DNA of 29,667 bases from IMG/VR virus record IMGVR_UViG_3300049141_000141, positions 1-29,667 of that record; one strand, 5' to 3'. Under the pieces are notes generated by a model. That model had not been told where the DNA came from and did not search any database. It saw only the letters and a program-made list of their open reading frames with translations. Numbering within the stretch: the stretch's first letter is position 1; every line of letters begins with the position of its first letter. Source of the DNA: a virus (Duplodnaviria; Caudoviricetes). The translations under genes were made by a program, and so were the position numbers. Of the stretch, positions 9,217 to 19,200 are shown piece by piece.

Positions 9217-9610
9217 GCAGGGTGCGGCTGAAATCGTCGCAATGCAGAAGCGCCTCGCTCCCAAAGACAGCGGGGCTCTTGAGCGGTCGATCAAGTACGT
9301 TCGAGGCACTTACACGCCCGAAAACTCGAATGTCCGTGGTGTAGGCGGGGGCAAGGGACAGGGGTCCATAGTGGGCGACCCTGATCTCAGCTACCACATC
9401 GTCGCGGGTGACGATGTGGCTTGGTACGCCAGACTGATTGAGCACGGCACTCCGCCGCACATCAACAAGGGTATGTTCCCGGGAACGCAACACCCCGGAA
9501 CGAAGCCACAGCCTTACTTCTATCCTGCATTCAGAGCCCTGCGGCGACGGGTCAAATCCCGCATCACCCGAGCCACGAAGAAAGCCGTCAAGGAGATTGC
9601 TGGTTCATGA
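9128..9610 (+). CDS. HK97 gp10-family tail-completion protein
   Basis: APKDSGALERSI, YARLIEHGT, QPYFYPA motifs. Confidence 0.88.
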   Translation: MAKVQNRERLLRKLAAMPKRAREVIGPAIEQGAAEIVAMQKRLAPKDSGALERSIKYVRGTYTPENSNVRGVGGGKGQGSIVGDPDLSYHIVAGDDVAWYARLIEHGTPPHINKGMFPGTQHPGTKPQPYFYPAFRALRRRVKSRITRATKKAVKEIAGS

Positions 9611-10014
9611 GCGTTGAGGCAGCACTTCAGAAGGCGATCGTCGGCAGGCTCAAGGGGGATGCACTTCTGACGGCTCTTGTCTCCGGGCGCGTCTATGACC
9701 GCGTGCCGGCCGGTGCCCCGCTTCCTTATGTCCACATCCGCAGCATCCAGGTGGTGGATGACGGAGCCGAGTGCATCGACGGAGCCGAGGTCTTCATCGA
9801 TCTCGATGTCTGGTCGAATGCGGTCGGCAAGGTGGAAGCCTCGCGGGCGGCCAGTGCCGTGCGCAAGGCTTTGCATGATGCCCCGCTCGCTCTCGATGAG
9901 CCCTATGCCCTGACCGAAATCGCCCACCGCGATACCAATGTCGGTGATGGGGGAGACGAACTCCTGTCGAGGGCAAGGTTAACGTTTCGGGCGCTCGTAG
10001 AAACAGTGGGATAG
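9607..10014 (+). CDS. Tail terminator (DUF3168-like)
   Basis: ALQKAIVGRL...RVYDRVP...PYV...LDVWS motif; ATGA overlap with the previous gene. Confidence 0.88.
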   Translation: MSVEAALQKAIVGRLKGDALLTALVSGRVYDRVPAGAPLPYVHIRSIQVVDDGAECIDGAEVFIDLDVWSNAVGKVEASRAASAVRKALHDAPLALDEPYALTEIAHRDTNVGDGGDELLSRARLTFRALVETVG

Positions 10015-10062
10015 CTCCTGGGAGTCCTTTTGCAAGGCATTGAGACATGTCATCATGTGTAG

Positions 10063-10983
10063 ATGGAGACAAAGCCATTTAAAGTGATTGCCTGCCGCCG
10101 ATGCGAGGCTGAGTGTGAGAAGCGCAGCCTGTCTCAGATGTACTGCGATCCGTGCCGTGTGATCACGGAGCGATAGAAGAATACCGAGCGAGCGCGAATG
10201 CGCAGGCAAGGTCAAGCGAGACCAAGGAGCGCTCTGATCCAACGCCGCCGGTGCGGCTGCTCTATGGAGTCTCGCGGTGGGCGGCATCTTTACTGCGATC
10301 CGTGCCGCAAGGTTGTCTCGAATGAGTCGAACAAGGAGCTGGAGCGGAAGAAACGCCGAGCGGCTGGGGGCGCGGGCATCGGGTCGGAGCGGGAATGCAA
10401 AATCTGCGGAGGCTCCTTCGTGATGAAAAACGGGCAGCAGTTCTACTGCGAACCCTGCTCGGCCAAGAAAAAAGCTGAAGGCAAGGCAGCAATCAATGTC
10501 CGCTACCGCCGACGGCACGGAGAGCGGCTCAGGCGGAAAGAGCGGCAATGGTCGGCCGAGAATGCCGAGGTCGTCAAAGAGCGCGGGAGAAGGTGGAAAG
10601 AGCGCAATCCTGACAGCTACAAGGAAACTTATAGGCGGTATTATCTGAGCAGGAAAGACGATCCGATGTTCGCCCTTAACTATCGGATGCGGCACGGGAT
10701 CTGGCGCTCTGTCAAGGAATACAAGAAGGGGCAGCCGTGGGAAGGGTTTGTTGATTACACGGTAGAGGAGTTGCGCGTCCACCTTGAGTGCCAATTCCGC
10801 CCCGGCATGGGCTGGCACAATATGGGCGAGTGGCACATCGATCATGTCATCCCGCTCAAACTTCATAAGTTTGAGAACCCCGACGATCCAGATTTCAAGG
10901 CCGCTTGGTCTTTGTCCAATCTTCGCCCGCTGTGGGCTGAAGATAACCTGCGGAAGAATGCAACGCGTCTGACGCTTCTATAA
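10063..10983 (+). pseudogene. Free-standing HNH endonuclease with N-terminal Zn-finger repeats; in-frame TAG at 10174-10176
   Basis: WHIDHVIP...NLRPLWAEDNLRKN HNH motif; three YC(D/E)PC repeats, the first lying upstream of the TAG in the same frame from ATG 10063. Confidence 0.8.
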
Positions 10984-11009
10984 TTCCGCTCACAACGAAG
11001 TTTTCAACC

Positions 11010-11032
11010 GCCCGCTTCCGAGCGGGCTTTTT
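11010..11032 (+). terminator. Rho-independent terminator before the tail tube gene
   Basis: GCCCGCT-TCCG-AGCGGGC-TTTTT. Confidence 0.8.
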
Positions 11033-11046
11033 CATGGAGAGAGCAG

Positions 11047-11493
11047 ATGGCTCAGGCCACGACACTTTCATTCTCGGCCTTCAAGGTCATGCTTGAGACA
11101 TCGACCCCAGGCACTTTTGCGGCACCTTGCGGGCTCACCGAGCGCAGCGTGACGTTCAGCAAGGAAACCAACGATACGACTAGCATTGACTGCGAAGACG
11201 AGGACTCACCTTCGTACATCGAGAGGGATGTGGTTTCGCTCTCGGTCGAGATTTCCGGCGAGGGTGTCATGGCCCGCGAGTCTCTGCCCCTGTGGCGCGA
11301 GACATTCGCAACGACCGATCCGGTCAACGTCCGTATCGAAGTAGGCGGCACGGCTGCTCAAGGCGGGGGCTATTGGCAGGGCAAGTTCCATCTCGTGAGC
11401 TTTGAGCCTGGCGCAACGCGAGGCGAGAGGGCCTCCGTGTCGATTTCCATGCAGTCGTCTGGACCGGTGGTCTGGCAGGACGCCGCCGCATGA
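11047..11493 (+). CDS. Major tail tube protein
   Basis: FAAPCGLT, DCEDED, ISGEG, WQGKF motifs; GGAG RBS; synteny. Confidence 0.88.
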   Translation: MAQATTLSFSAFKVMLETSTPGTFAAPCGLTERSVTFSKETNDTTSIDCEDEDSPSYIERDVVSLSVEISGEGVMARESLPLWRETFATTDPVNVRIEVGGTAAQGGGYWQGKFHLVSFEPGATRGERASVSISMQSSGPVVWQDAAA

Positions 11494-11924
11494 GCCGCAA
11501 CGGTTCGATTGATATGGAATGGGCGGACGGCGAGACCTACACGTTTCGCCTCGCCATCGGTCAACTGCGAGAGCTGCAGGAGACCGTCAACAAGCCCCGC
11601 GCCAAGATCGGGGCTCCTCTGATCGGCCCCGCGAGTCTCTACAACCTTCTTGTCTCCCGGGATGCCTGGATGCACGAGGTTCGTGAGGTCATGCGGCTCG
11701 GCCTGATCGGCGGCGGCATGAAGCCCATCGAGGCGGTCGATCTCGTTCGACGCTACGTCGAGGAGCGCCCTCTGGCCGAAAGCAGCGTACATGCTGCCCT
11801 GGTCCTCGGCGCGGCCCTGTTCGGCACGCCCGAAGAGGAACTTGACGAGGGAAAAGAGATGCCGGCGAGCCAGGATCAGACAGCATCCGCTTCGCCGGCT
11901 TCTTTGGGTGGGGAGCTGTCCTAG
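11490..11924 (+). CDS. Tail assembly chaperone (GTA gp10-like; lambda gpG equivalent)
   Basis: FRLAIGQLRELQE...VREVMRLGLIGGGM motif; lies between tail tube and tape measure genes. Confidence 0.88.
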   Translation: MSRNGSIDMEWADGETYTFRLAIGQLRELQETVNKPRAKIGAPLIGPASLYNLLVSRDAWMHEVREVMRLGLIGGGMKPIEAVDLVRRYVEERPLAESSVHAALVLGAALFGTPEEELDEGKEMPASQDQTASASPASLGGELS

Positions 11925-12070
11925 GCTGGACCCCGCGACAGATTGAGGATCTCAGCCTCTGGGAATTCCGGGCGGCTGTGAGCGAATACCGAAAAGCGCA
12001 CGACCCGAAGGCAGAGAAAGCCCTCACGTCGAGCGAAGAAGATGCCCTCTGGGATTGGATGACAACCTAA
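11849..12070 (+). other. Programmed -1 frameshift site (G GGA AAA) and gpT-like extension giving a ~193-aa gpGT product
   Basis: Slippery heptamer in correct phase at 11849-11855. The -1 frame is open (…GAVLGWTPRQIEDLSLWEF…) to TAA 12068-12070, overlapping the tape measure ATG. Confidence 0.85.
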
Positions 12071-14184
12071 TGGCTACTGATGTCGAGCGACTTGTCGTTT
12101 CTATCGAGGCGAGCGCGAACAAGTTCGAAAAGGCGATGAACCGCGCTGTTGGGGTGACAAACAACTCCATGCGCTCGGTCGAGCGGCGGACAGAGCAGGC
12201 GGCCAACCGGATCACGTCCGCCTTCAGCCGCGCCGGGACGGCTGCCAAGACTGGCATCGCGGGCATCTTCGCGGGCCTGTCGATCCAGCAGGTGTCACAG
12301 TTCGCAGACAGTTTCACGAAGGTGCAGAACTCGCTCAAGACTGCGGGTCTGGAAGGCGAGAACCTGCGGCGGACCTATCAGGCGGTTTATGCCATCGCCC
12401 AGCGCCAAGGCGTCCCCCTGGAGGCTATGGCGTCTCTTTACGGGCGTGTCAGCACGGCGCAAAAGGAACTGAACGCCACGAATACCGAGGTATTGCGCCT
12501 TACCGAGGTCGTCGGCATCGCGATGCGAGCTCAGGGCGGGGATGCCCAGCAGACTTCGAGCGCCATCCTGCAGCTCTCGCAGGCTCTTGGCTCAGGAAAG
12601 GTTGAGTGGGAAGAGATCGGCTCCCTGATGGACACCGCTCGGCCGATCTTGCAGGCGGTTGCCGCTGGCATGGTCGAGACAGGCGGGTCAGTAAGCAAAC
12701 TCACCTCACTCATTAAGGACGGGAAGGTTTCTTCGGAGGCCTTCTTCCGCGCTCTTCTGGCTGGAACGCCTGTCATTGAGAAGATGGCGAATGCGGCCGG
12801 GGCCACCATGGCTCAGAACCTCGCACGGTCCAACAATGCGCTAACGAACCTTGCCGGCAAGTTGGACGAGGCTTTGAAGGCATCTAACAGTGCATCAGGC
12901 GGCGTGAATAGTTTTGCCGCGAGCATCGATGGGATTGCGAATGCTGTCCCCGGTGCAATGGCGGCCCTGAACGATCTCTACAGCCGGATGACTGAGATCG
13001 GCAACTCGGATGTCTTCCGCGAACTCTATGAGGGCCTCGAGAGCATGGGCCTCGGCGGCATGAAGGGTGTCACCTCGGTTAATCGCTTCGATCAGGTCTT
13101 CGGCACCAAGACGAACGCCGGCAGTATGGCAGGCTACAAGCCGGGGGCTCGCCCTGCGGCTGCTGCGGCCCCGGCCATCACTCCAATCCGTAATTCGGAC
13201 TACGCTGTCCCGGGCGACGACGAGAAAAAGAAGAAGGGGCGCAAAGAGCGCATCAACGACTATGAGCGTGAGGTGCAGGCCATTGGCGAACGCACCCGCG
13301 CCCTTGAAGTCGAGCGGCAGACCATTGGCCTGTCGGCAGGCGACACGGCAAAGGCCGAGGCCGCTTTCCGTCTCCTTGAGGCGGCGAAGGAAGCCAATGT
13401 CGCCGTCACTCCGCAACTGAGAGCCCAGATCGACAGCCTGGCGACCGCTTATGGCGAGGCCACGCAGAAGATCGAGGACGCCGAGAAGGCACAGCAGGCG
13501 GTAGCCGACGCAGCCCAAGAAGTCGGCAACATGCTCTCGGATGCTTTCACCGATGCCATTGTCGAGGGAGAGGAACTCGATCAGGTGCTGCAGAAGCTCC
13601 TCAAGAGTCTCGCTTCAAAGGGCATCGACAGCATCTTCAGCAACCTCTTCGGCGGCGCTCGCGGCAGCGGCGGCGGATTGCTCGACGGCCTGTTCAAGAG
13701 CCTCTTTGCCCCCGGTCGTGCCACGGGCGGATCGGTCAGCGCCGGCCAGCCCTACACGGTGGGCGAGAACGGGCGCGAGCTCTTCGTCCCGACCACTCCC
13801 GGCAAGATCGTCCCGAATGGGAAGCTTGGTGGCGGTAACATGCAGGTTCAGATCTTCAACAACGCAGGGGCGCAAGTGTCCACTCGGCAGACCAATGGTC
13901 CGCAGGGGCCGCGCCTTGAGGTTCAGATCGAGCAGATGCTCGGCGGCATGATCGCTGATGGACGGCTCGACAAGTCCCTCAAGGGGCGTTTTGGCGTATC
14001 TCCGATGAGGGGGCGCTGTTGGCCCTTCCTGTCTGGCCCGCAAGTGTCCCGCATGAGCCCTCATCCCGCTCTATCCCCGAGCCCTTCCGCAAGGCGCTTG
14101 AGAGCGAGATGGCGGCCGGAAATACCCGCTCCCGCCGCACGGCCACTGTCGGGATCGGCGTGGTGGAGCTCACGATCCGCATGA
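12070..14184 (+). CDS. Tape measure protein (probable ancestral stop at 14017-14019 lost)
   Basis: MATDVERLVV start, QLSQALGSG tape-measure motif, C-terminal RATGGSV...YTVGENGRELFVP. Confidence 0.9.
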   Translation: MATDVERLVVSIEASANKFEKAMNRAVGVTNNSMRSVERRTEQAANRITSAFSRAGTAAKTGIAGIFAGLSIQQVSQFADSFTKVQNSLKTAGLEGENLRRTYQAVYAIAQRQGVPLEAMASLYGRVSTAQKELNATNTEVLRLTEVVGIAMRAQGGDAQQTSSAILQLSQALGSGKVEWEEIGSLMDTARPILQAVAAGMVETGGSVSKLTSLIKDGKVSSEAFFRALLAGTPVIEKMANAAGATMAQNLARSNNALTNLAGKLDEALKASNSASGGVNSFAASIDGIANAVPGAMAALNDLYSRMTEIGNSDVFRELYEGLESMGLGGMKGVTSVNRFDQVFGTKTNAGSMAGYKPGARPAAAAAPAITPIRNSDYAVPGDDEKKKKGRKERINDYEREVQAIGERTRALEVERQTIGLSAGDTAKAEAAFRLLEAAKEANVAVTPQLRAQIDSLATAYGEATQKIEDAEKAQQAVADAAQEVGNMLSDAFTDAIVEGEELDQVLQKLLKSLASKGIDSIFSNLFGGARGSGGGLLDGLFKSLFAPGRATGGSVSAGQPYTVGENGRELFVPTTPGKIVPNGKLGGGNMQVQIFNNAGAQVSTRQTNGPQGPRLEVQIEQMLGGMIADGRLDKSLKGRFGVSPMRGRCWPFLSGPQVSRMSPHPALSPSPSARRLRARWRPEIPAPAARPLSGSAWWSSRSA

Positions 14185-14384
14185 CCACTCCGCAGTTCGA
14201 AACCTTCAAGGCCTTCGTGCGCGACACACTCAGCCACGGCACGGCGGATTTCGAGATGCCTGTCTCGGATCTGACCGACTGCACCGTGCGGCGGGTCAAG
14301 CTCCGCAACGGCGGGCAGTATCAGCCCTCCCGCGCCGGCAACCGCATCTTCGTTTCCTTCTCCCTCGACGTTTGGGATCTCTAA
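14019..14384 (+). CDS. Distal tail protein (lambda gpM-like), TTG start
   Basis: MALPVWP...ESEMAAGNTRSRR; GAGGGG RBS; synteny after tape measure. Confidence 0.8.
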   Translation: MALPVWPASVPHEPSSRSIPEPFRKALESEMAAGNTRSRRTATVGIGVVELTIRMTTPQFETFKAFVRDTLSHGTADFEMPVSDLTDCTVRRVKLRNGGQYQPSRAGNRIFVSFSLDVWDL

Positions 14385-14426
14385 GTGCCGATTTCCGCAA
14401 CGCAAGCTTGGGCCGAGAGGGCGGCA
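14385..14426 (+). repeat. Abandoned, synonymously recoded copy of the 5' end of gene 15287
   Basis: Encodes MPISATQAWAERAA versus MPISATQAWAEAAA at 15287; starts immediately after the stop of 14019..14384. Confidence 0.85.
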
Positions 14427-14459
14427 TTGCTGCCGCCCCATTTCAGAGGACAGCAAATG

Positions 14460-14780
14460 TTAAAGCGTGTTTCTGACGCTCTCAGCATCCTTCGTGATGA
14501 TTTGGAGAGCGGATCGCAGGCCAATAACCTCTTCACTCTCAGTCGCGCCATCGGGCGCCAAGCTCTTCGTTTCCTTAGCCAGCGCATCAATGAATCCGTC
14601 GAAGGTACGGAGTTGCGCTTCACGATCGGTAGCAAAGGCGGCAGCAACTTCGTCCGCTTTGATGATCATTGTTTGCCTGAGGGCGGAGCGTAGACCGCCC
14701 AATGCAATGATGGTCTGCTGCTGAGTCAGTGCGAATTTTAGGTCAAAATCCGTAGGCTTTCGTGCCAATCTAATCTCCAT
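14460..14780 (-). CDS. Antisense moron, 106-aa helical protein A
   Basis: Clean ORF in the inserted interval with a promoter-like motif upstream. Confidence 0.65.
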   Translation of the reverse strand: MEIRLARKPTDFDLKFALTQQQTIIALGGLRSALRQTMIIKADEVAAAFATDREAQLRTFDGFIDALAKETKSLAPDGATESEEVIGLRSALQIITKDAESVRNTL

Positions 14781-14799
14781 CAGTTGAGTCGCATCGCTG

Positions 14800-14827
14800 A
14801 TGGTAACGGGCCGGGGCGACGCCGCAA
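14800..14827 (-). promoter_or_regulatory. Candidate sigma70 promoter of moron A
   Basis: TTGCGG-N16-TACCAT on the minus strand. Confidence 0.5.
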
Positions 14828-14891
14828 GGCACCCCGGTCCAACATGTCCTAGCGCACTTAGAATTTGATCAACGCTACTCAGGTCCGTGGA

Positions 14892-15212
14892 TCAATGCCG
14901 CTCCTTTACAGGGGGCGCGAGATTGAGAGCATGCCTCGCTTCCCCTTCGATCGTGTCAAGGATCATCTTGACCTTCTCTCTGATGACAGGGCTGATGTCA
15001 TAATCCTCACCTTCCCGGCTAGGGACATGAAGCCAAAAGCTCAAGAGGGCGGTATCTAGCATTTCGCGAGTTCTGATCATGCATGCTTCAGGATCTTCGG
15101 ACTGCATCTTCACATGTTCAGCGAGCAGTCTCGTCATCACGAAGCTCACACCTTGTCCAATTGCTTGGGCAAACAGCAGCATCTGCTGAAGCTCTTCTTG
15201 CCTGGTCATCAT
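14892..15212 (-). CDS. Antisense moron, 106-aa helical protein B
   Basis: Clean ORF with GGGG RBS-like run and a promoter-like motif upstream. Confidence 0.7.
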   Translation of the reverse strand: MMTRQEELQQMLLFAQAIGQGVSFVMTRLLAEHVKMQSEDPEACMIRTREMLDTALLSFWLHVPSREGEDYDISPVIREKVKMILDTIEGEARHALNLAPPVKERH

Positions 15213-15238
15213 GCCCCGTCGGCTTAGTCAAGGCGGCG

Positions 15239-15266
15239 ATGGTAATCAGGTGAAGCAGCGCCTCAA
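15239..15266 (-). promoter_or_regulatory. Candidate sigma70 promoter of moron B
   Basis: TTGAGG-N16-TACCAT on the minus strand. Confidence 0.5.
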
Positions 15267-15286
15267 CGGCTCATCAGGATAACCCG

Positions 15287-15823
15287 ATGCCCATCAGTGC
15301 TACCCAGGCGTGGGCGGAAGCCGCTGCCTCCGCGCCCAAGGATGAGGTCATGCTCATCACGATTGAACTGATCCATCCGACCTTCGTGGAGAACGGCGCT
15401 CCTGCCCCGATCCGCGCCGTCCGCAACACCGTCGATGTCAGCTTCCGCCTGGAGGATGGCGCCCCGGTCGACGGCGGCACCATCGTCCCCTTCAAGGCCA
15501 TCCCTTTCGAGATCGACTATCCCCGCATTGGCAATCTCGGCGCCGAGGCCACCATCCGGCTCGACAACGTGAACCGCGAAGCCTCCCGCTACCTGCATGA
15601 GGCCGTGAAGATGAACACGCCCATCCAGGCGATCTTCCGCGGCTATCTGGTCTCTGATCCCATGACGGTCGGGCAGGGGCCTTACAAGCTGATCCTGCGC
15701 AACGTGAAGCGCACGGCGCGGCAGCTTGAGGGGCAACTCGCCATCGCCCGTCCTCAGAACATGCGCGTGATGCGCGAGGTCTATGACATGGTTCGCTTCC
15801 CGAGCCTCCTGCAGGTGTCGTGA
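15287..15823 (+). CDS. Tail tip protein (DUF1833 / lambda gpL-position)
   Basis: TIELIHP...F.AIPFEIDYP...IRLDNV...RFPSL motif; synteny. Confidence 0.82.
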   Translation: MPISATQAWAEAAASAPKDEVMLITIELIHPTFVENGAPAPIRAVRNTVDVSFRLEDGAPVDGGTIVPFKAIPFEIDYPRIGNLGAEATIRLDNVNREASRYLHEAVKMNTPIQAIFRGYLVSDPMTVGQGPYKLILRNVKRTARQLEGQLAIARPQNMRVMREVYDMVRFPSLLQVS

Positions 15824-16242
15824 TGGATCGTCTCGCCTTCTTTGAGAGCCTGATCGGCAAGCCCTATAAGATCGGGGAGCGCGGCCCTTCCGCCTTCGAC
15901 TGCTACGGACTCGCCCGTCACATCCAGAACGAGCTTGCCGGCGTCTCCATGCCGGATGTCGCCTTTGCGGAGCCCACGACCCGGGCGCAAGCCGAGGCCA
16001 TGCTCTCGCATCCCGAGCGGCAGGCCTGGGAGGAGATCCCCGAAGCCGAGGCGCGGGAGCTTGATCTCGTGCTGATGGGCAACGTCGCCAAGCGGGACTT
16101 TCATCTCGGCACCTACATCGTCCCGGCCATAACCGGCGCGGTGATCCACATCGACAAGGCTGCTGGCGTGGTCGTGGACGATCTGCCGGCGCTCCGGGCT
16201 TCCGGCTTCAACTTTTTGCGTTTCTGGCGTCGTAAATCCTGA
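15820..16242 (+). CDS. NlpC/P60 tail tip peptidase (gpK-like)
   Basis: IGKPY...GPSAFDCYGL catalytic Cys; HLG and IH histidines. Confidence 0.88.
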   Translation: MMDRLAFFESLIGKPYKIGERGPSAFDCYGLARHIQNELAGVSMPDVAFAEPTTRAQAEAMLSHPERQAWEEIPEAEARELDLVLMGNVAKRDFHLGTYIVPAITGAVIHIDKAAGVVVDDLPALRASGFNFLRFWRRKS

Positions 16243-16244
16243 TC

Positions 16245-19200
16245 ATGAAATCAGCCGTAAAGCATTCTCTCCTGGTCTTTGATCCGGAGCGCGACGACGT
16301 TCGTCTGCCTGAGAGCGGGCTCGTGCTCCCCATTGCCGAGCACAAGACCCGCAAGCGCAAGCCGACGATCGAGCAGCTGGTGGCAGAGACCGGCTGGCGC
16401 TTTGATCTGCAGACCGTCTGCAAGGTCAACGGCGCCTATTACAGCCGAACCGAATGGGCGACCCATCGGCTGGCCGCCAACGATAACGTCGAGTTCATCA
16501 GCCGCCCGCTCGGCGGCATGGGTGGCGGGGGTGGTTCCTCGGCCAAGAGCATCGGCGCGATTGTCGCCATGGTGGCCCTCACCGCGCTTGCTCCCTGGGC
16601 CATGGGTGCCATCGGCCTGACCGGAGCGGCGGCAAGCATCGGCTCCTCCCTGCTCATCGCGGGCGGGGCGATGGCCATCAGCCATTTCTTGAAGCCCAAG
16701 GCGGGCGGCAAGACGGCAGAGACGGAAGAGCTTTACTCCTTCGGCTTCGGGGGCAATCAGGCCCGCCCGCTGCAGCCCATCCCGGTTCTCTATGGCCGCA
16801 CGCTCACTTTCCCCGATTTCGCTGCGCCGAAGTACTCGGAGTACAACGGCGACAACATGACCGAGTATGCCCTCCTGTGCTTGACGTGCGGGAAAGCGGA
16901 TGTGCAAGAGCTGCGCATTGCCGACACGCGCGTCTGGACGAAGAGCGGCGGCACAAGCCCCTCTTATCCAGGCATCACGGTCAGGGTCTACGGGCCGAAC
17001 GAGAAGGTGACCCTGTTCCCGGTCAACGTGGTCACGGCCTCGGAGGTCTCGGGGATTGAACTCGGGCAAGAATTCACCCCCGGCTTCACGGCCAACGCAG
17101 CCGGCACGGTGGCGCTCAAGCTCCTGCTCGATTTCGTCTTCCCGTCCGGCGTTTTCCAGACGTGGAAAGGGGAGGTGCGTTCTCATACCGTCGAACTTGT
17201 CGTCCAGGCGCGGCCGGTCAACGATGCAGGCGCCCCCATCGGGGCATGGACCGACATCTGGGACAAAGCTTACACCTACGCCAAGCAGAGCCAGATCCGC
17301 ATCACGGAAGAGATCGAGATCCCCGATGGCCGGTATGAGGTCCGCGCCCGCCGCAGAGGCACGCCGATGAGCGAATGGCCACCGGACGAACGGCACGGCG
17401 GCTCCGATCAAGTGGTCTGGTCTGCCCTGCGGGCCCAGATCGACGGGCCGAACCGCTTCCCGGGTGTGACGACGATTGCCGTGAAGGCGAAGGCCTTCGA
17501 GAACTTGCAAGGCATCATGAACGGCCAGGTGGGCGTGATCGCCACCCGCATCCTCCCGGTCTGGAACGGTACGGAGTTCGTGGAGCAGGCGACACGCTCG
17601 ATTGCCTGGGCGGCCCTCGACATGTGGCGCAATGCGGATTACGGCGCGGGACTCGGGCTCGAGCAGGTCGATTTCCAGTCGTTCTATGCCTATGACCAGC
17701 TTTGGGCGTCCCTCGGCCATACTTTCGATCACGTCTTCAAGGAGCCGCAGACGCTGGACGATGCGCTTGAGACCGTGCTCAAGGCGGGCCGAGCGGTGCC
17801 GGCGCCTGTGGGTGACCGTCTGACCATTGTCAGGGACGAGCCCCGCGGCATCCCGCGCATGATGTTCACCGACTATGACATCGTGCGGGACAGCCTGGAG
17901 ATCAATTACGAGCTCAACGACGATGACTATGCCGATGGCATCATTGGCGAGTATCTGGACGAGACGACCTTCAAGCTGGCCGAGGTGTCTTCCGCGCCCG
18001 ATGGCGTGATCCTCGCCAAGCCCGCCCGCGTGCAGCTGACCGGCGTGCAGAAGCGCTCTCAGGCGGCAGGGCTTGTCCGCTTCATGGCGGCCGAGAGCCA
18101 ATACCGCCGCATCATGGTCTCATGGACGGCGCGGGCCGAAGGCCGCCTGCTCAAGCGCGGCGATCTGGTCGTGCTGTCCTGCGAGCAGCCGGAGACCTGG
18201 GGCCAGTCGGCCGAGGTCGCCAGCTACAACGACGCCGCCCGCGCCATCACCTTCGACCATGATCTCGTTTGGGATCCGAACGCGCTCAACCATTATGTCG
18301 AGGTGCGGCGCCGGGACGGGCAGCCTTGGGGGCCGGTGCGCGTCACCCGCGGCACGTCCGACCGGATTGCCATCGTCAACGCGGCCGACATGGCCACGGA
18401 GACCACGCGGCAGGGCATGACCCTTGCGGATGCGCTCGCCCGCTCGGATCTGGCCGACCTTCCGACCGCCGACTTCTCGCCTGCGGAGCCGCGGGCCTTC
18501 CGGGTGCTCATCACCGAGGGCGTGCCTGACACGGACGGCGAGCACATCACCCTGACCGGCGTGCTGGACGATCCCATCGTCTACAATGTGACCGAGACCG
18601 GCGTCACGCCTCTCCCGACGACACCCGACATCTTCTCGCCATCGATCCCGGTGGTGACGACACTTGCCGGGACCGTATACCAGCGCGGGATGCAACTGGT
18701 CCTGCAGGCGGGCTGGCAGCCAGCTAAGGGCGCCATCCGCTACATTGCCGATGTATCCTATGACAACCAAGCGACATGGGTCCGCGCCTATGAAGGCGAC
18801 AACACGACCTTTGAGGCCATTGTCGCAGGGGCGCGAACGATCTTCGTGCGGGTGGCCGGTGTGACGCCAAGCAATGTCACCGGCATCTTCAGCATCGTTC
18901 AGATCGCGCCGCCTCCACTGGTGTTGGACAATCAGTTCTTCATCATGCGGATCAAGCCCGAGGACATGATCCCGCAGCTCAGCCGAGATCTGGAGAGCCT
19001 CTCGCTTGAGTATGGCATTGCCGACCTTGCCGGCGAGAGCCGCGTCATTGCCGAGGAGGCAACGGACCTCGGCAGAGCAGCCATTACCGAAGTCGCCAAG
19101 GTCAAAGTCGATACCGAGGCTGCGATCGCACAACTCACGACAACGGTAGAGGCTCAATTTGAAGAGCTAGAGGTCAGTGTCGAGCAGCAGTTCACCGCGA

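Noticed and set aside
981-10176. Stop-codon reassignment as the explanation for internal stops
   Set aside because: The two internal stops differ (TGA and TAG), and both codons terminate many tightly coupled genes in this window.
14385-14693. 102-aa plus-strand ORF as a real gene
   Set aside because: Only the first ~14 codons match gene 15287; the rest is readthrough antisense to moron A.
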